64,000 nucleotides of DNA, taken from positions 2,627-66,626 of the forward strand of contig CAMDJM010000016.1 in assembly GCA_945900785.1 (NCBI GenBank), read 5' to 3'. Made by a program: the position numbers and the translations under genes. Source of the stretch: Akkermansia muciniphila (GTDB lineage Bacteria > Verrucomicrobiota > Verrucomicrobiia > Verrucomicrobiales > V1-33). Positions 35,512-45,092 of this stretch are shown piece by piece (the first letter of the stretch is position 1; every line of letters starts with the position of its first letter). The notes below the pieces were generated by a model. The model did no database searches, had not been told where the DNA came from, and saw nothing but the letters and a program-made list of their open reading frames with translations.

Positions 35512-36543
35512 ATGACAAACTGGAAAAAGGGGATCAATCGCGTGAAAGCTCTGACAGGTGGTGGCGTGGTGGTATTGCTGCATGGGTGGGCGCTGTTGGC
35601 CCTGCATTTTTGGTTTACGGGCCATGCGGTGCTGGCGTGGGGCGTGGTGCTGGGATACCTGGCTTTGCTGGGGGGGATTTTCAAGGCGGCCCAGACCCGG
35701 GCACACGCGGTCTGGGCCAGCCTGATGTTATTCGCCGCCACGGTGGTGTGGTGGTCCGGCCGGAAAGCGGAGACCGGGCTGGCTTATCCCAGGGAAACGG
35801 AGCAGGCGGCGAAGACGGAGCTGGATGGCAATTTCATCACGGTCTCGGGGCTGCGGAATTTCAGCTATAAAAGCGAAGCGGATGTTTCGGTGCGTTGGGC
35901 CAGCCGCTCCTATGATTTAAATCTGTTGGAGCATGTGGATCTTTTCTTCAATTACTGGGGCGTGCCGCAGGTGGCCCATGTGATCACCAGCTTTACCTTC
36001 AGGGATCAGCCGCCGCTGGCGGTGAGTATCGAACTGCGGGCGGAGGAAGGCGAGCCGAACACGATGCTGCGGGGCTTTTTCAAGCAGTATGAACTGATCT
36101 ACCTCTGGGCGGATGAGCGGGATGTGATCCAGCTCCGGACCAATTTCCGCAGGGAACAGGTCTATCTCTACCGGACTTCAATGACACCGGATCAGGGCCG
36201 CCGGCTGTTTATTGATATGGCGATGCGGACCAATGAGCTGGAAGAGACCCCGGAATTTTATAACACCCTGACGGATAATTGCACCAATGTGATCGCGCAG
36301 CACGTGGACCGCATGCGGGGGAAGTCGGTGCCGTGGTATCAGCGACCGCTCCTGACGGGAAAGTATGAGCGGCTGGGCTATGATGCGGGCTGGCTGCAGC
36401 ATAGCCTGCCCTGGGAGGAACACCGGGCGGCGGCCTGCATCAACGGGCGCGCCGAGCAGGCCAATGGCGCGGAGGATTTCTCCACCCGCATCCGCACCCA
36501 TCTGAAGACGGCGGCTCCGGTGGAACAGTATCCCAGCCAGTGA
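35512..36543 (+). CDS. DUF4105 (Lnb N-terminal periplasmic domain) membrane protein
   Basis: ORF 35452..36543 trimmed to ATG 35512. TM segments, then ITVSGLRNFSY...WASRSYDLNLLEHVDLFFNYWG...AHVITSF.F....LAVSIE.R.E.GE....LRGFFKQYELIYLWADERD...R. Confidence 0.65.
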   Translation: MTNWKKGINRVKALTGGGVVVLLHGWALLALHFWFTGHAVLAWGVVLGYLALLGGIFKAAQTRAHAVWASLMLFAATVVWWSGRKAETGLAYPRETEQAAKTELDGNFITVSGLRNFSYKSEADVSVRWASRSYDLNLLEHVDLFFNYWGVPQVAHVITSFTFRDQPPLAVSIELRAEEGEPNTMLRGFFKQYELIYLWADERDVIQLRTNFRREQVYLYRTSMTPDQGRRLFIDMAMRTNELEETPEFYNTLTDNCTNVIAQHVDRMRGKSVPWYQRPLLTGKYERLGYDAGWLQHSLPWEEHRAAACINGRAEQANGAEDFSTRIRTHLKTAAPVEQYPSQ

Positions 36544-36649
36544 GGGGCAGCGATGGTTCCGGTTGAGGTGATAGCCAGCACGCTTGGCAAGGCCCGTCCC
36601 GTCCCGGGCTTTTGCCAGGAATCAAGTGGACGGCAGTCCCGGATAAGCG

Positions 36650-37357
36650 TCAGGGGCTGAGGCGTCCGGGTTGCCAGGCTCCGTCATTCTGACGGGTATA
36701 GCAAATGCGGTCGTGGAGGCGGCTGGGGCGGCCCTGCCAGAATTCCATGGCCTCCGGGATGAGGCGGTAGCCGCCCCAGCACGCGGGCAGGGGGATGAGG
36801 GTGCCGGCGGGATATTGCGCTTCGAGGGCGGCGAATTGGGCTTCCAGCCAGAGGCGGCCAGGGATGAGAGTGCTTTGCAGGGAGGCATGGGCCCCGAGCT
36901 GGCTGGCCCGGGGCCGGCTGTGGAAGTAGGCCTCGCTTTCAGCGCGCGTGACCTGTTCCACCCAGCCGCGCACGTTGACCTGGCGTTCCAATTCCCTCCA
37001 GAAAAACCCGAGCGCGGCCCGGGGCTGAGCGGCGAGTTCGCGGCCTTTTTGGCTTTCGTAGTTGCTGAAAAAGGTGAATCCGCGCTCATCAAGGCCTTTC
37101 AGGAGCACGATGCGGGAGGAGGGCTGACCGCTCGCCGGGTCCACCGTGGAGAGGGTCATGGCGTTGGGCTCCACGATGCCGCTTTGCTGTGCCTCGTCGA
37201 ACCAGAGGCGGAACTGAGCGAAGGGGTCCGCGCTGACTTCGTCACGGCGCAGGCTGTGGCGGCGGTATTCCATCCGCAGATCGGCGAGGGAGGGGACTGG
37301 TTCTTTTTCGTTGCTGGATGGGGGATTCTCTATTCTCATCGTGGAGCTACGTATCAT
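36650..37357 (-). CDS. pdxH: Pyridoxamine 5'-phosphate oxidase
   Basis: DPF.QF..WF.EA......EPNAMTLSTV......PSSRIVLLKG.DERGF.FF.NY.S.KG.EL..P.AAL.F.W..L.RQV...G.......ES..YF.SRPR.SQLGA.AS.QS...PWGGYR..P...EFWQGRPSRLHDR. is the classic PdxH pattern. The start may be 37339. Confidence 0.9.
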   Translation of the reverse strand: MIRSSTMRIENPPSSNEKEPVPSLADLRMEYRRHSLRRDEVSADPFAQFRLWFDEAQQSGIVEPNAMTLSTVDPASGQPSSRIVLLKGLDERGFTFFSNYESQKGRELAAQPRAALGFFWRELERQVNVRGWVEQVTRAESEAYFHSRPRASQLGAHASLQSTLIPGRLWLEAQFAALEAQYPAGTLIPLPACWGGYRLIPEAMEFWQGRPSRLHDRICYTRQNDGAWQPGRLSP

Positions 37358-37374
37358 ACGCCGCCCCAGTTTGC

Positions 37375-37923
37375 ATGCACAACGATATCGACCACGTTCT
37401 TCTACACGAATCCACCATCATGAGCCGGCTCGACGCCATGGCGCGCGACATCACGCGCGACTATCAGGGGGAAATGCCCACCATCGTCTGCATCCTGCAG
37501 GGCGGCATTATCCTGATGGCGGATCTGCTGCGCCGCATCCAACTGCCGCTTTTGATCGAGACCATTTCCGTGGCATCCTATCATGGGGGCACCCTGAGCA
37601 GTGGCGTGGTCAGCTTCAAGCAGAACGCCCTGCCGGATTTGAAGGGCAAGCATGTTATTCTGCTGGACGATATCCTGGATACCGGCCGCACCCTGGAGGC
37701 GATCCGGGACCGGTTTGTGAACGAGGCCGGAGCCGCCAGTGTGAAGCTCTGCGTCCTGCTCAGCAAGAAGAAGGACCGGCCCTGCGAGGTGGTGGCGGAG
37801 TATGTCGGCTTTGAAATCGGCGATGAGTTCGTGGTGGGCTATGGTCTGGATTATCAAGGCCAATACCGCAATCTGCCCTACATCGGTGTGCTCAAGCCGG
37901 AAGCCATCCAACGCCTCGCCTGA
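37375..37923 (+). CDS. hpt: Hypoxanthine phosphoribosyltransferase
   Basis: ORF 37318..37923 trimmed to ATG 37375. ...GKHVILLDDILDTGRTL (PRPP-binding motif), VGFEIGDEFVVGYGLDY...YRNLPYIGVL. Confidence 0.9.
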   Translation: MHNDIDHVLLHESTIMSRLDAMARDITRDYQGEMPTIVCILQGGIILMADLLRRIQLPLLIETISVASYHGGTLSSGVVSFKQNALPDLKGKHVILLDDILDTGRTLEAIRDRFVNEAGAASVKLCVLLSKKKDRPCEVVAEYVGFEIGDEFVVGYGLDYQGQYRNLPYIGVLKPEAIQRLA

Positions 37924-37944
37924 GCGTTCGTTCCCCTGAAATTT

Positions 37945-38910
37945 ATGCTTCCCCGCACTCTCTTCCTGGGCACTGGTGATATTGCGCTCCCGGTGTGGCA
38001 TCATCTGATGGATTGCCCGGATATTGATCTGACCGGCCTGGTTTGTCAGCCGGACAAGCCGGTGGGGCGGAAGCAGGTCCTGACTCCTCCGGCGGTGAAG
38101 GTGCTGGCGGTCTCCCGGGGCATCCCGGTATTTCAGCCGGAGCGGCTGCGGCAGCAGGTGGAATTGATCGCCGGTCTGAAGCCTGACCTGATCCTGGTGA
38201 TGGCCTACGGTCAGATCATCCCGCAGGCTATTTTGGATTTGCCCCGGCTGGGCTGCTGGAATCTGCATGCCTCACTCCTCCCCCGGCACCGGGGGGCGGC
38301 ACCGGTGCAGGCGGCTATTTTGTCAGGGGATGCGGAATCCGGCATCACAGTGATGGCGGTGGAAGCGGGTCTGGACAGTGGAGCGGTGCTGCTGGAGGAA
38401 CGGATCCCCCTGCATCCTGACGAAACGGGGGAGTCCCTGCACGACCGGCTGGCGGAGCTGGCTCTGGTGGCGCTGCAGCGGGCCCTGCCTGGGATTTTGT
38501 CAGGACATCCGGTGGTGCGGGCGCAGGATCCTGCGGCGGTGACGCACGTGGGAAAGCTGGAGCGCAGTCACGGCGTCCTGGACTGGAAGGACACGGCGGA
38601 GGCTTTGGCCCGCCGGATCCGGGCCTTTCATCCCTGGCCGGGCACCAGCACGCTGCTGCCGGATGGCACGGTGGTGAAGGTTTTTCCACCCGTGGTGGCG
38701 CAGGCAGACGGCACGGGCTGTGCGCTGGCGGGCACCCTGCTGTCGGTGGGGCCGGATCAATTGCTGTTTGCCACAGGGCAGGGCACCCTGGCACTTGGCT
38801 CAATCCAAGTGCCCGGAGCCCGCCGCATGAGCGTGCGGGATTATCTGGCGGGGCATTCGCGGAAGGTGGGGGAACGCTGGGGCCAGCCCGGGGCTGAACC
38901 CCGGGCTTAG
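37945..38910 (+). CDS. fmt: Methionyl-tRNA formyltransferase
   Basis: FLGTG.IALP....L........GLV.QPDKP.GR......PPVK..A...GIPV.QPE.L.; NLHASLLPRHRGAAPVQAAIL.GD.ESGIT.M....GLDSG. Confidence 0.92.
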   Translation: MLPRTLFLGTGDIALPVWHHLMDCPDIDLTGLVCQPDKPVGRKQVLTPPAVKVLAVSRGIPVFQPERLRQQVELIAGLKPDLILVMAYGQIIPQAILDLPRLGCWNLHASLLPRHRGAAPVQAAILSGDAESGITVMAVEAGLDSGAVLLEERIPLHPDETGESLHDRLAELALVALQRALPGILSGHPVVRAQDPAAVTHVGKLERSHGVLDWKDTAEALARRIRAFHPWPGTSTLLPDGTVVKVFPPVVAQADGTGCALAGTLLSVGPDQLLFATGQGTLALGSIQVPGARRMSVRDYLAGHSRKVGERWGQPGAEPRA

Positions 38911-39007
38911 TGCTACTTTGTTAAGTTGGGGAATCAGCGGGCTATAAGCCCGCTGGCCGCACAGGCTGGAAGCCTGCGCCACGGGGAGATTAACAAAGTA
39001 GAATTAG
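38908..39007 (-). repeat. MITE-like double-hairpin repeat, copy 2 (inverted orientation)
   Basis: TGCTACTTTGTTAAGTTGGGGAATCAGCGGGCTATAAGCCCGCTGGCCGCACAGGCTGGAAGCCTGCGCCACGGGGAGATTAACAAAGTAGAATTAG is the reverse complement of copy 1 with a few substitutions. One loop is changed and the stem is kept. Confidence 0.9.
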
Positions 39008-39132
39008 AAACGCAGACCTGCTGGAGCGTCTGGAATTTGCAGATGACCCGGCCGGTTTTATGCGCTAAGGGAGGAGAAAGCAGGCGTGGAGCCGCCGGAT
39101 GGTCCTGATGGTCTGCCTGCAAAAAATTTGCT

Positions 39133-39603
39133 ATGAAAACTGATCTGATTCTTCAAGGCGCGGCCCGAAGCGTCCTGCTCGCGGCAGCGGTGCTTTTGAG
39201 CGCCTGCGCCGCGCCCACGCCCTCCAGTCGGGTGGCGGCAGCCCCCCAGTTGTATGCGCCCCTGCCGGAGGGCCAAAAGAAAGCTGTGATGGAAGGCCGC
39301 GTGGAGGAAGGCATGTCGCCGGATGCCGTCTACCTGGCCTGTGGCCAGCCGGACCGGGTGGTGCGTGGCAGTGAAAACGGGAAGCCCTATGAATTGTGGC
39401 GTTATACCCAGCTGATTCCGGTCTATCATGCCGGGGTTTCGATGGGTTTTGGCATCGGCCGGCCTTACGGCTTCGGACGCCGCCATGGATTTTACGATCC
39501 GGCGTGGATTGGTTATGACGCCGGCCCGGACTATGTGCCGGTGACGGCGGTGGTGGTGCGTTTCAGCCGGAACCGGGTTACGGGCTGGGAGCGCTTGCGC
39601 TAG
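39133..39603 (+). CDS. Hypothetical lipoprotein (BamE/SmpA_OmlA-like segment)
   Basis: LLSAC lipobox. ...GMSPDAVYLACGQPDRV......YELWRY resembles the SmpA/OmlA motif. Confidence 0.5.
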   Translation: MKTDLILQGAARSVLLAAAVLLSACAAPTPSSRVAAAPQLYAPLPEGQKKAVMEGRVEEGMSPDAVYLACGQPDRVVRGSENGKPYELWRYTQLIPVYHAGVSMGFGIGRPYGFGRRHGFYDPAWIGYDAGPDYVPVTAVVVRFSRNRVTGWERLR

Positions 39604-41125
39604 CCACACGCTGGGAACTGCTGGAAGGCACCGCCGTTTCGGCGGCGGTTCCTCCGCCATGCGGAGCCCCCAGGCGCTCCGGCACATATACTTCCGGGAA
39701 GAGGAACACTGTTTTGCTGTGGCGTTCGGATTTTTCCTGCCATCGCTGGAAGCAATAGAGCAGGCCGGCGCACAAAACCGCAACCAGCAGCATCAGTGGA
39801 ACAATGCGGCGGGCGGTGCTGGGCAGCAGATGGTCCGCTTCACGGAGAATCGGGAGACCCTCACGGATGTAGGAATCAGACAGGGATGCCACGGCGCCTT
39901 CCAGCCGCTCCCGGGGAGCGGAGCCGGCCTTCAGTCCGGCAGCGAGTGCGTCGTCGTGGATGGATTTGAGCTGAACGGCAGAGAGCCAGCGCTGCGGGTG
40001 GGGCGTGCCCCCGAAGCTCAGGGTGTCCGGCCGGCTGCGGTCAAAGACAATCACGCCTCCCTCACGGTCCGTTAGCCATTCGAGGGCCAGTTTTTCGGCA
40101 AGGCTCACATTGAGGCCGCTGGGGGGATAGGTGACCGTCACCACATACAGGCTGAGGCCATGTTGTTTCTTCAGGTTGTCCAGGCGCCCGCGCAGGGCGG
40201 TGGCGGCGGCACTGGAAAAAACCCCGGCATCATCAAGGAGGAAGCTGTCAGGGCGTTTCCACGTGGGGGACAAGGTGGCGGCAGAGGCCGGGTCCCTGGA
40301 GGAGGGCGGGGGGGCTTTGACCACTTCCGGCGGCGGGGTGGGGAGCCGGCCGTTTTTTTGCCAGGATTCCAGACTGTCCGCCAAGGTGGTGAGGGTAGCA
40401 GTAATCCGCTCGATGCTGGTCGCTTCCGGCGGCAGTTGCCGCGCGGCAGAGTCCGCCAGCCGGTAAAGCGCCACCAGATCGTCTGCCGCAGGGAGCCGCT
40501 TGTCATCCGATCCGGCAAAGCTGAGCCGGCCGGTGCTGCGGTCATGGACAACGACGATGCCGACGCCTTGCCCTTCCACCCATGCCAGATGGGTGCGGCT
40601 GGCGCGCTGGTCGGTGTTTTCCTCCAGAAGATAAGTGTGGATGGCCAGGAAAAGACCGATGCCGGTGCGGGTTTGGGAGGCCCGCAGCCGGGCGGACAGG
40701 GCTTTATGGGTTGTTTCCGGGAACATGCCTGATTCATCCAGAATGTGAGAAGGGGGGCGCAGGGGGATGGGCGGCAGGGTCGGGTCGCCGGCCTTTTCCG
40801 GTGCGGATTCTGCATTGGGGTTCCCGGCAGGGGCGGCTGCGGGTGGGGGAAGCAACGCGGGGGCTGGCGTCTGCGCGGGAGCAGCCGTGGGAGCTTGAGC
40901 AGGAAGCCGGGTTGTTGGAGCAATCGCAGGTTTGGCTCCAGCCGGAGCCTTTGGAAGGGTGCCAGGGGGGGTGAGATTGGTGGCAGGCTTGGCCGGCTGC
41001 GGGGCGGCCCCTGGCGCTTTGGCTCTGGGGGCTGGAGTCTGGGCCAGGCTGGAGGATCCCAGCGCAGCGAGAACCCACACCAGGGTGTGGATCAAGCGAA
41101 GGCGGGCAAGGAACGTCGGCAGCAT
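39578..41125 (-). CDS. Protein with two TPM (TLP18.3/Psb32/MOLO-1) domains, Pro/Ala-rich linker and C-terminal TM anchor
   Basis: Two repeats of the type ILDESGMF.......L...L.......G..L...... and LLDDAGVFSSAAATALRGRLDNLKKQHGLSLYVVTV. Signal peptide and a C-terminal hydrophobic helix. Confidence 0.65.
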   Translation of the reverse strand: MLPTFLARLRLIHTLVWVLAALGSSSLAQTPAPRAKAPGAAPQPAKPATNLTPPGTLPKAPAGAKPAIAPTTRLPAQAPTAAPAQTPAPALLPPPAAAPAGNPNAESAPEKAGDPTLPPIPLRPPSHILDESGMFPETTHKALSARLRASQTRTGIGLFLAIHTYLLEENTDQRASRTHLAWVEGQGVGIVVVHDRSTGRLSFAGSDDKRLPAADDLVALYRLADSAARQLPPEATSIERITATLTTLADSLESWQKNGRLPTPPPEVVKAPPPSSRDPASAATLSPTWKRPDSFLLDDAGVFSSAAATALRGRLDNLKKQHGLSLYVVTVTYPPSGLNVSLAEKLALEWLTDREGGVIVFDRSRPDTLSFGGTPHPQRWLSAVQLKSIHDDALAAGLKAGSAPRERLEGAVASLSDSYIREGLPILREADHLLPSTARRIVPLMLLVAVLCAGLLYCFQRWQEKSERHSKTVFLFPEVYVPERLGAPHGGGTAAETAVPSSSSQRVASASAPSP

Positions 41126-41356
41126 AGACGAAGCTTTACTGGCGCAAAATCCGGAAGGATGCGAGTCCTAATCTTGCCCTCAAAGCCATAATCGCGGCGT
41201 CCTTGCCTGCGCCGCCCCGCATGGCACGCTGGAGCGCCGGAAGAAAATGCCCGGGGGATTTCCGGAAACGATATAAACCGCGCGAAAGTCGAGCTTCCGG
41301 GAATCAGGGGCGGGTTGCCGCCGGGTCCCTTTTTTGGCGACCCAGGATAATTGATG

Positions 41357-42241
41357 TCAGGGCAGTTTCAGGCCGTGGCGTTGCCAGAAGTTGGCGAGGG
41401 CGGCGGGGGAGCCCCGGAAGATGTTGCGTTCGATGGGGCGGTCGAGATTTCCGAAGTAGGTGCTGAAGCGGTAGGGGCCGTGGGCATAGACCCGGGGGCG
41501 GGAGCGGCCGCCGGCCCAATCGACACCGCCATATTGCCAGAGGGTCCAGTCGGACCAGACGCGGTATTGATCAAGCAGGCCCTGGGGAGTGCCGGGGGCG
41601 GGGAAGAGGGGGCCGGCACCGCTTTCGTGGGAATAGAGGGCGAGCCAATAGGGGGCGCGGCGGAGCCTGGCTTTGGCGGCGGGGTCGGCGTTGCCCAGGG
41701 CGATTTTCAGGGTGGGGCTGTTTTCCAGATAGGCGACGGGGATGACGCCGGTGCGCTGCTCGACGCGGTCCATGAAGCGGAGGATATCGGAGGGACGGAG
41801 GTCGGAATCGTAGTCGCCGCACAGGAGCAGGGCAGGGGCATGCCATGGGCGGCTGCGGGCCAGGGTCTGGGCGCGGCCGATAAATTGGTCCGCTTGGACG
41901 ACCGCGTCCACATGCCTTTGCACGCGGTAATAGACTCCTGGCAGGAGGCCCGCCCGGTCGGCGGAGGTGAGGAAGGTGGCGCATTTTTCGTCGAGGTTGC
42001 CGCCTTTGCCGGCGCGGGCGATCAAGCCGCTGGCTCCATTGGCGCGGAGGGCCGAGAGGTCATGGGGGGAGTAGCTGCGCCCTTCGCGCTGTCGTTCCTT
42101 GGGGTCGTAGGCGGAGACATTGATGATGGTTTGCATGCCCCGGGCTGCTGGGGCGGCCTGGGCGCTGGCGACGGGGCTGGAGCCGACGGTGCTGCAGTGG
42201 GCGAGAAGCAGGATGAAAGGCAGGAGAATGAGGCGTTTCAT
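41357..42241 (-). CDS. GH25-like muramidase (lysozyme) lipoprotein
   Basis: ORF 41357..42298. Start MKRLILLPFILLLAHCS (lipobox) at 42241. ...SGLIARAGKGGNLDEKCATFL..A..AGLLPGVYY... and ...LLLCGDYDSD...YWLALY... resemble the GH25 layout. Confidence 0.55.
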   Translation of the reverse strand: MKRLILLPFILLLAHCSTVGSSPVASAQAAPAARGMQTIINVSAYDPKERQREGRSYSPHDLSALRANGASGLIARAGKGGNLDEKCATFLTSADRAGLLPGVYYRVQRHVDAVVQADQFIGRAQTLARSRPWHAPALLLCGDYDSDLRPSDILRFMDRVEQRTGVIPVAYLENSPTLKIALGNADPAAKARLRRAPYWLALYSHESGAGPLFPAPGTPQGLLDQYRVWSDWTLWQYGGVDWAGGRSRPRVYAHGPYRFSTYFGNLDRPIERNIFRGSPAALANFWQRHGLKLP

Positions 42242-42375
42242 GAGGGAGGAAGGAAGCGGACTGACTCTGGAATGGATAGCGGGCGGCGGATTCTGCAAGC
42301 TGCAAAATGAGGGGTGGGAGAGATGGGAGTTGTTGAGAGTTGAGGGTTGATAGGGTTAAGGGATGAAAGCGCGGG

Positions 42376-42476
42376 ATTAGTTCTACTTTGTTAAGTTGGG
42401 GAATCAGCGGGCTGGAAGCCCGCTGGCCGCACAGGCTGGAAGCCTTAGCCACGGGGAACTTAACTAAGTAGAAATA
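42376..42476 (-). repeat. MITE-like double-hairpin repeat, copy 3 (inverted orientation)
   Basis: GATTAGTTCTACTTTGTTAAGTTGGGGAATCAGCGGGCTGGAAGCCCGCTGGCCGCACAGGCTGGAAGCCTTAGCCACGGGGAACTTAACTAAGTAGAAAT. Confidence 0.9.
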
Positions 42477-42482
42477 ATAGGC

Positions 42483-43595
42483 TTATATGGCTTCGAGGCC
42501 TCCGGCGAGGCTGAGGGTGTGGGGGTGGCCGTTTTGGCGGAGGAGGAGGGCGGCTTCGTGGCTGCGGAGGCCGACGCGGCAAAGGGTCAGGATGGGACGG
42601 GCGGTGGGCAGGGTGGGAAGTTGTGAGGGGAGATCCTGCCAGGGGATCCAGTGATCGGCGGGGAAGGGGAGGAGGGCGTGCTCCCAGGGCTCGCGGACGT
42701 CGAGGAGGAAATGGGTGGCGCGGGCGGCTTCGAGTTGTGAGGGAGGGAGTTCGAGCTGGGTTCCGGGCGGGGTAAGGCCGCAGAAATGCTGGTAGTCGAT
42801 GGGGGCGGTGATGGCCGGGTTTTCCCCACAGACCGGGCAGGCGGGGTCGCGGCGGAGCTTGAACTCACGGAAGCGGGTGCCGAGGGTATCGGCATGGAGA
42901 AGGCGGCCGAGGAGGGGTTCGCCGTGTTGCGTCAGAAGTTTGATAGCTTCAGCGGCCTGGAGGGTGCCGATGAGGCCGGCGAGGACGCCGAGGACCCCGG
43001 CGGTGTTGCAGTCCGGCACCGTGCCGGGGGCCGGGGGCACGGGAAACATACAGCGGTAGCAGGGGGCTCCGAGGTGGGGGGCGAAGACGCTGACTTGGCC
43101 TTCGAATTGATGGAGGGAGCCGTAGATGACGGGTTTTTTCAGCCACACGCCGGTATCGCTGGAGAGGTAGCGGGTGGGAAAGTTGTCGCTGCCGTCAAGG
43201 ATAAGATCGTAGGACTCCGCGAATTGCAGCGCATTGGCGGCGGTGAAGGCTTCGGCGTGGAGATCGAGCTGGAGTTCCGGATAGAGGGCGCGCAGGCGGC
43301 AGGCTGCAGCGTGGACTTTTGACTGGCCGAGGTCTTCCGGAGTGAAGAGGATCTGGCGCTGGAGATTGGATATTGAAACGGTGTCGGGGTCCGCGATGCC
43401 GAGGCGGCCGACGCCGGCGGCGGCGAGGTAGAGGAGGGCAGGGCAGCCGAGTCCGCCGGCTCCCAGGACGAGGACAGAGCCACGCTTGAGGCGGAGTTGG
43501 CCCTCGTAGCCGATGCCGGGAAGGCTGAGGTGCCTGGCAAAACGGCGGAGCTCGGGTTGACCAAGCTCCGCCGTGGATGGGGAAGACGTTTTCAG
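42483..43595 (-). CDS. ThiF/MoeB-family adenylyltransferase with C-terminal rhodanese domain (start codon unresolved)
   Basis: The track ORF 42483..43148 is only the C-terminal half (CYRC...CPVC zinc site plus rhodanese LLDVREPWE...LCRVGLRS). The same frame upstream reads ELRRFARHLSLPGIGYEGQLRLKRGSVLVLGAGGLGCPALLYLAAAGVGRLGIADPDTVSISNLQRQILF.... There is no ATG, GTG or TTG back to the TGA at 43599-43601. The only candidate is CTG at 43595. Confidence 0.8.
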   Translation of the reverse strand: MKTSSPSTAELGQPELRRFARHLSLPGIGYEGQLRLKRGSVLVLGAGGLGCPALLYLAAAGVGRLGIADPDTVSISNLQRQILFTPEDLGQSKVHAAACRLRALYPELQLDLHAEAFTAANALQFAESYDLILDGSDNFPTRYLSSDTGVWLKKPVIYGSLHQFEGQVSVFAPHLGAPCYRCMFPVPPAPGTVPDCNTAGVLGVLAGLIGTLQAAEAIKLLTQHGEPLLGRLLHADTLGTRFREFKLRRDPACPVCGENPAITAPIDYQHFCGLTPPGTQLELPPSQLEAARATHFLLDVREPWEHALLPFPADHWIPWQDLPSQLPTLPTARPILTLCRVGLRSHEAALLLRQNGHPHTLSLAGGLEAI

Positions 43596-43653
43596 GGTTC
43601 AGTTTTCAGGGTTCAGCAGGCCGGAAGGTGCCAGGGCTGAAAGGCCGGCGGGT

Positions 43654-44769
43654 TCAGGCGGCTTTCTTTTTGGGAGCTGGTTTGACAGGAGCGGTCTTGG
43701 GTTCGGCGGGGGCTTCGTCCTCAGCGATCCCGGGGAGGGTGACCGCGTCGGCTGGCTGGGAGGCTTCGTTGAGGAGTTTCTTCAGCTCAGCGGATTGGCC
43801 GGCTTTGGCTTTGGCCACTTCGGCGGCGTAGTCAAAAGAGGCGGCTCCGGGCTTGATGACGAGCTTGGGGGAGGCGGCTCCTCCGTAGACGTCTGCGAAG
43901 AGTGGGGTGATGAATTCCTTCAGGGCGGGAATGACCTTGTCGCTCTTGGGGCCCTCGTTCAAGGCACTGGTCAGTTTGGCGACTTTTTTGGGCAGGGCGG
44001 GGTCGTTCACGATGCCGTCGACCATATCGATGAGCTGTTCGCCGGAGAAGGTCCAGGAGACTTTATTGGGGCCGATTTTTTTGAAGACGGTGGATTCCAT
44101 GATTTCGCCGGAGACTTCCAATTCACTGGTGATGGACATGTCCTTGAGGAACATGGCGGCCATGGGTTTGTATTGGGCATACATGGGCTTGAATTCCGTG
44201 ATCTTGTCAGTGATTTCCTCTTCCGTGACGGTCATCTGGCCGGGGGTAAAGGAGTCTTCCTTGGCGGCTTCGTCCTTGAGCGCGGTGAAGATGCTCATGA
44301 TTTCGTCGACACCGGCCATACTGATGACCCAGTTGCCGGAGGCGTCCTTGGTGGAGTTGACCATTTTGAAGTCAGGAAGTTTGGCCGCCCTTTCAGCCAT
44401 ATCGGGGGCGGAGGCGAGGGCTTTTTTGAGGTCGCCGGTGGCAGTAAAGTCCTTGGTTAGTCCGGCGAGGGTGATTTTGGTGGCCCCGGCTTTGGTGGTT
44501 TCAACCTTGGCTTCGGTCCAGGCGTCAACGCCCGGATTCATGGAACGGATCATCTGGACAAGGATTTTGCGGTTGTCGCCCAGAGGGTTGGCTCCCGGGG
44601 CTCCGCCCATCATGCCCATGATCGGAGCGAGATTGAGTTCCATCACGGTAGAGAATTTACCGCTGCCGTCGGCGTTGACGGACGATTTGGATTCGTTTTT
44701 AAAACAGCCTGAGGTCGATAAGGCGATGCAGGCGGACGCGAGGGCGGCGGTCGTGGTGAGGTGGTTCAT
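43654..44769 (-). CDS. Hypothetical lipoprotein
   Basis: MNHLTTTAALASACIALSTSGC is a lipobox. 371 aa with a Lys/Ala/Pro-rich C-terminus. No recognised domain. Confidence 0.55.
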   Translation of the reverse strand: MNHLTTTAALASACIALSTSGCFKNESKSSVNADGSGKFSTVMELNLAPIMGMMGGAPGANPLGDNRKILVQMIRSMNPGVDAWTEAKVETTKAGATKITLAGLTKDFTATGDLKKALASAPDMAERAAKLPDFKMVNSTKDASGNWVISMAGVDEIMSIFTALKDEAAKEDSFTPGQMTVTEEEITDKITEFKPMYAQYKPMAAMFLKDMSITSELEVSGEIMESTVFKKIGPNKVSWTFSGEQLIDMVDGIVNDPALPKKVAKLTSALNEGPKSDKVIPALKEFITPLFADVYGGAASPKLVIKPGAASFDYAAEVAKAKAGQSAELKKLLNEASQPADAVTLPGIAEDEAPAEPKTAPVKPAPKKKAA

Positions 44770-45092
44770 TCGCGGATGTGGTGATGGGTTGGGGTGAGGG
44801 TGCTGCAGGGTTTTGGCAGGCTGCGACTGGGCATCAGTGCGGCCTCCTGGGGTGGCAGGGGCTGAAAGCTAGATCATTTTTTCCAAGATACCAGGAAATA
44901 AATGCAAAGGATGCAGGGGACTTTTTCCACCTTGTGTCCCAGGGAAATCCCCGAGGGGACTTCCAAAAGTATCGAGTGCGGCGGGCATTTATTATTTGCA
45001 AAGCGGGCACGATTCCTATAAGCGCACACTCTCCGTTGCGGTGGTGCATTCCCGGACTTCCTTGACCACTGCCCAGACTCCCCCTTCATTTC

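Noticed and set aside
43139-43564. 141-aa minus-strand ORF listed upstream of the MoeB C-terminal half.
   Set aside because: It is in the wrong frame. Its Ser/Ala/Pro-rich translation has no ThiF motifs, whereas the frame contiguous with 42483..43148 encodes the GAGGLG Rossmann domain.
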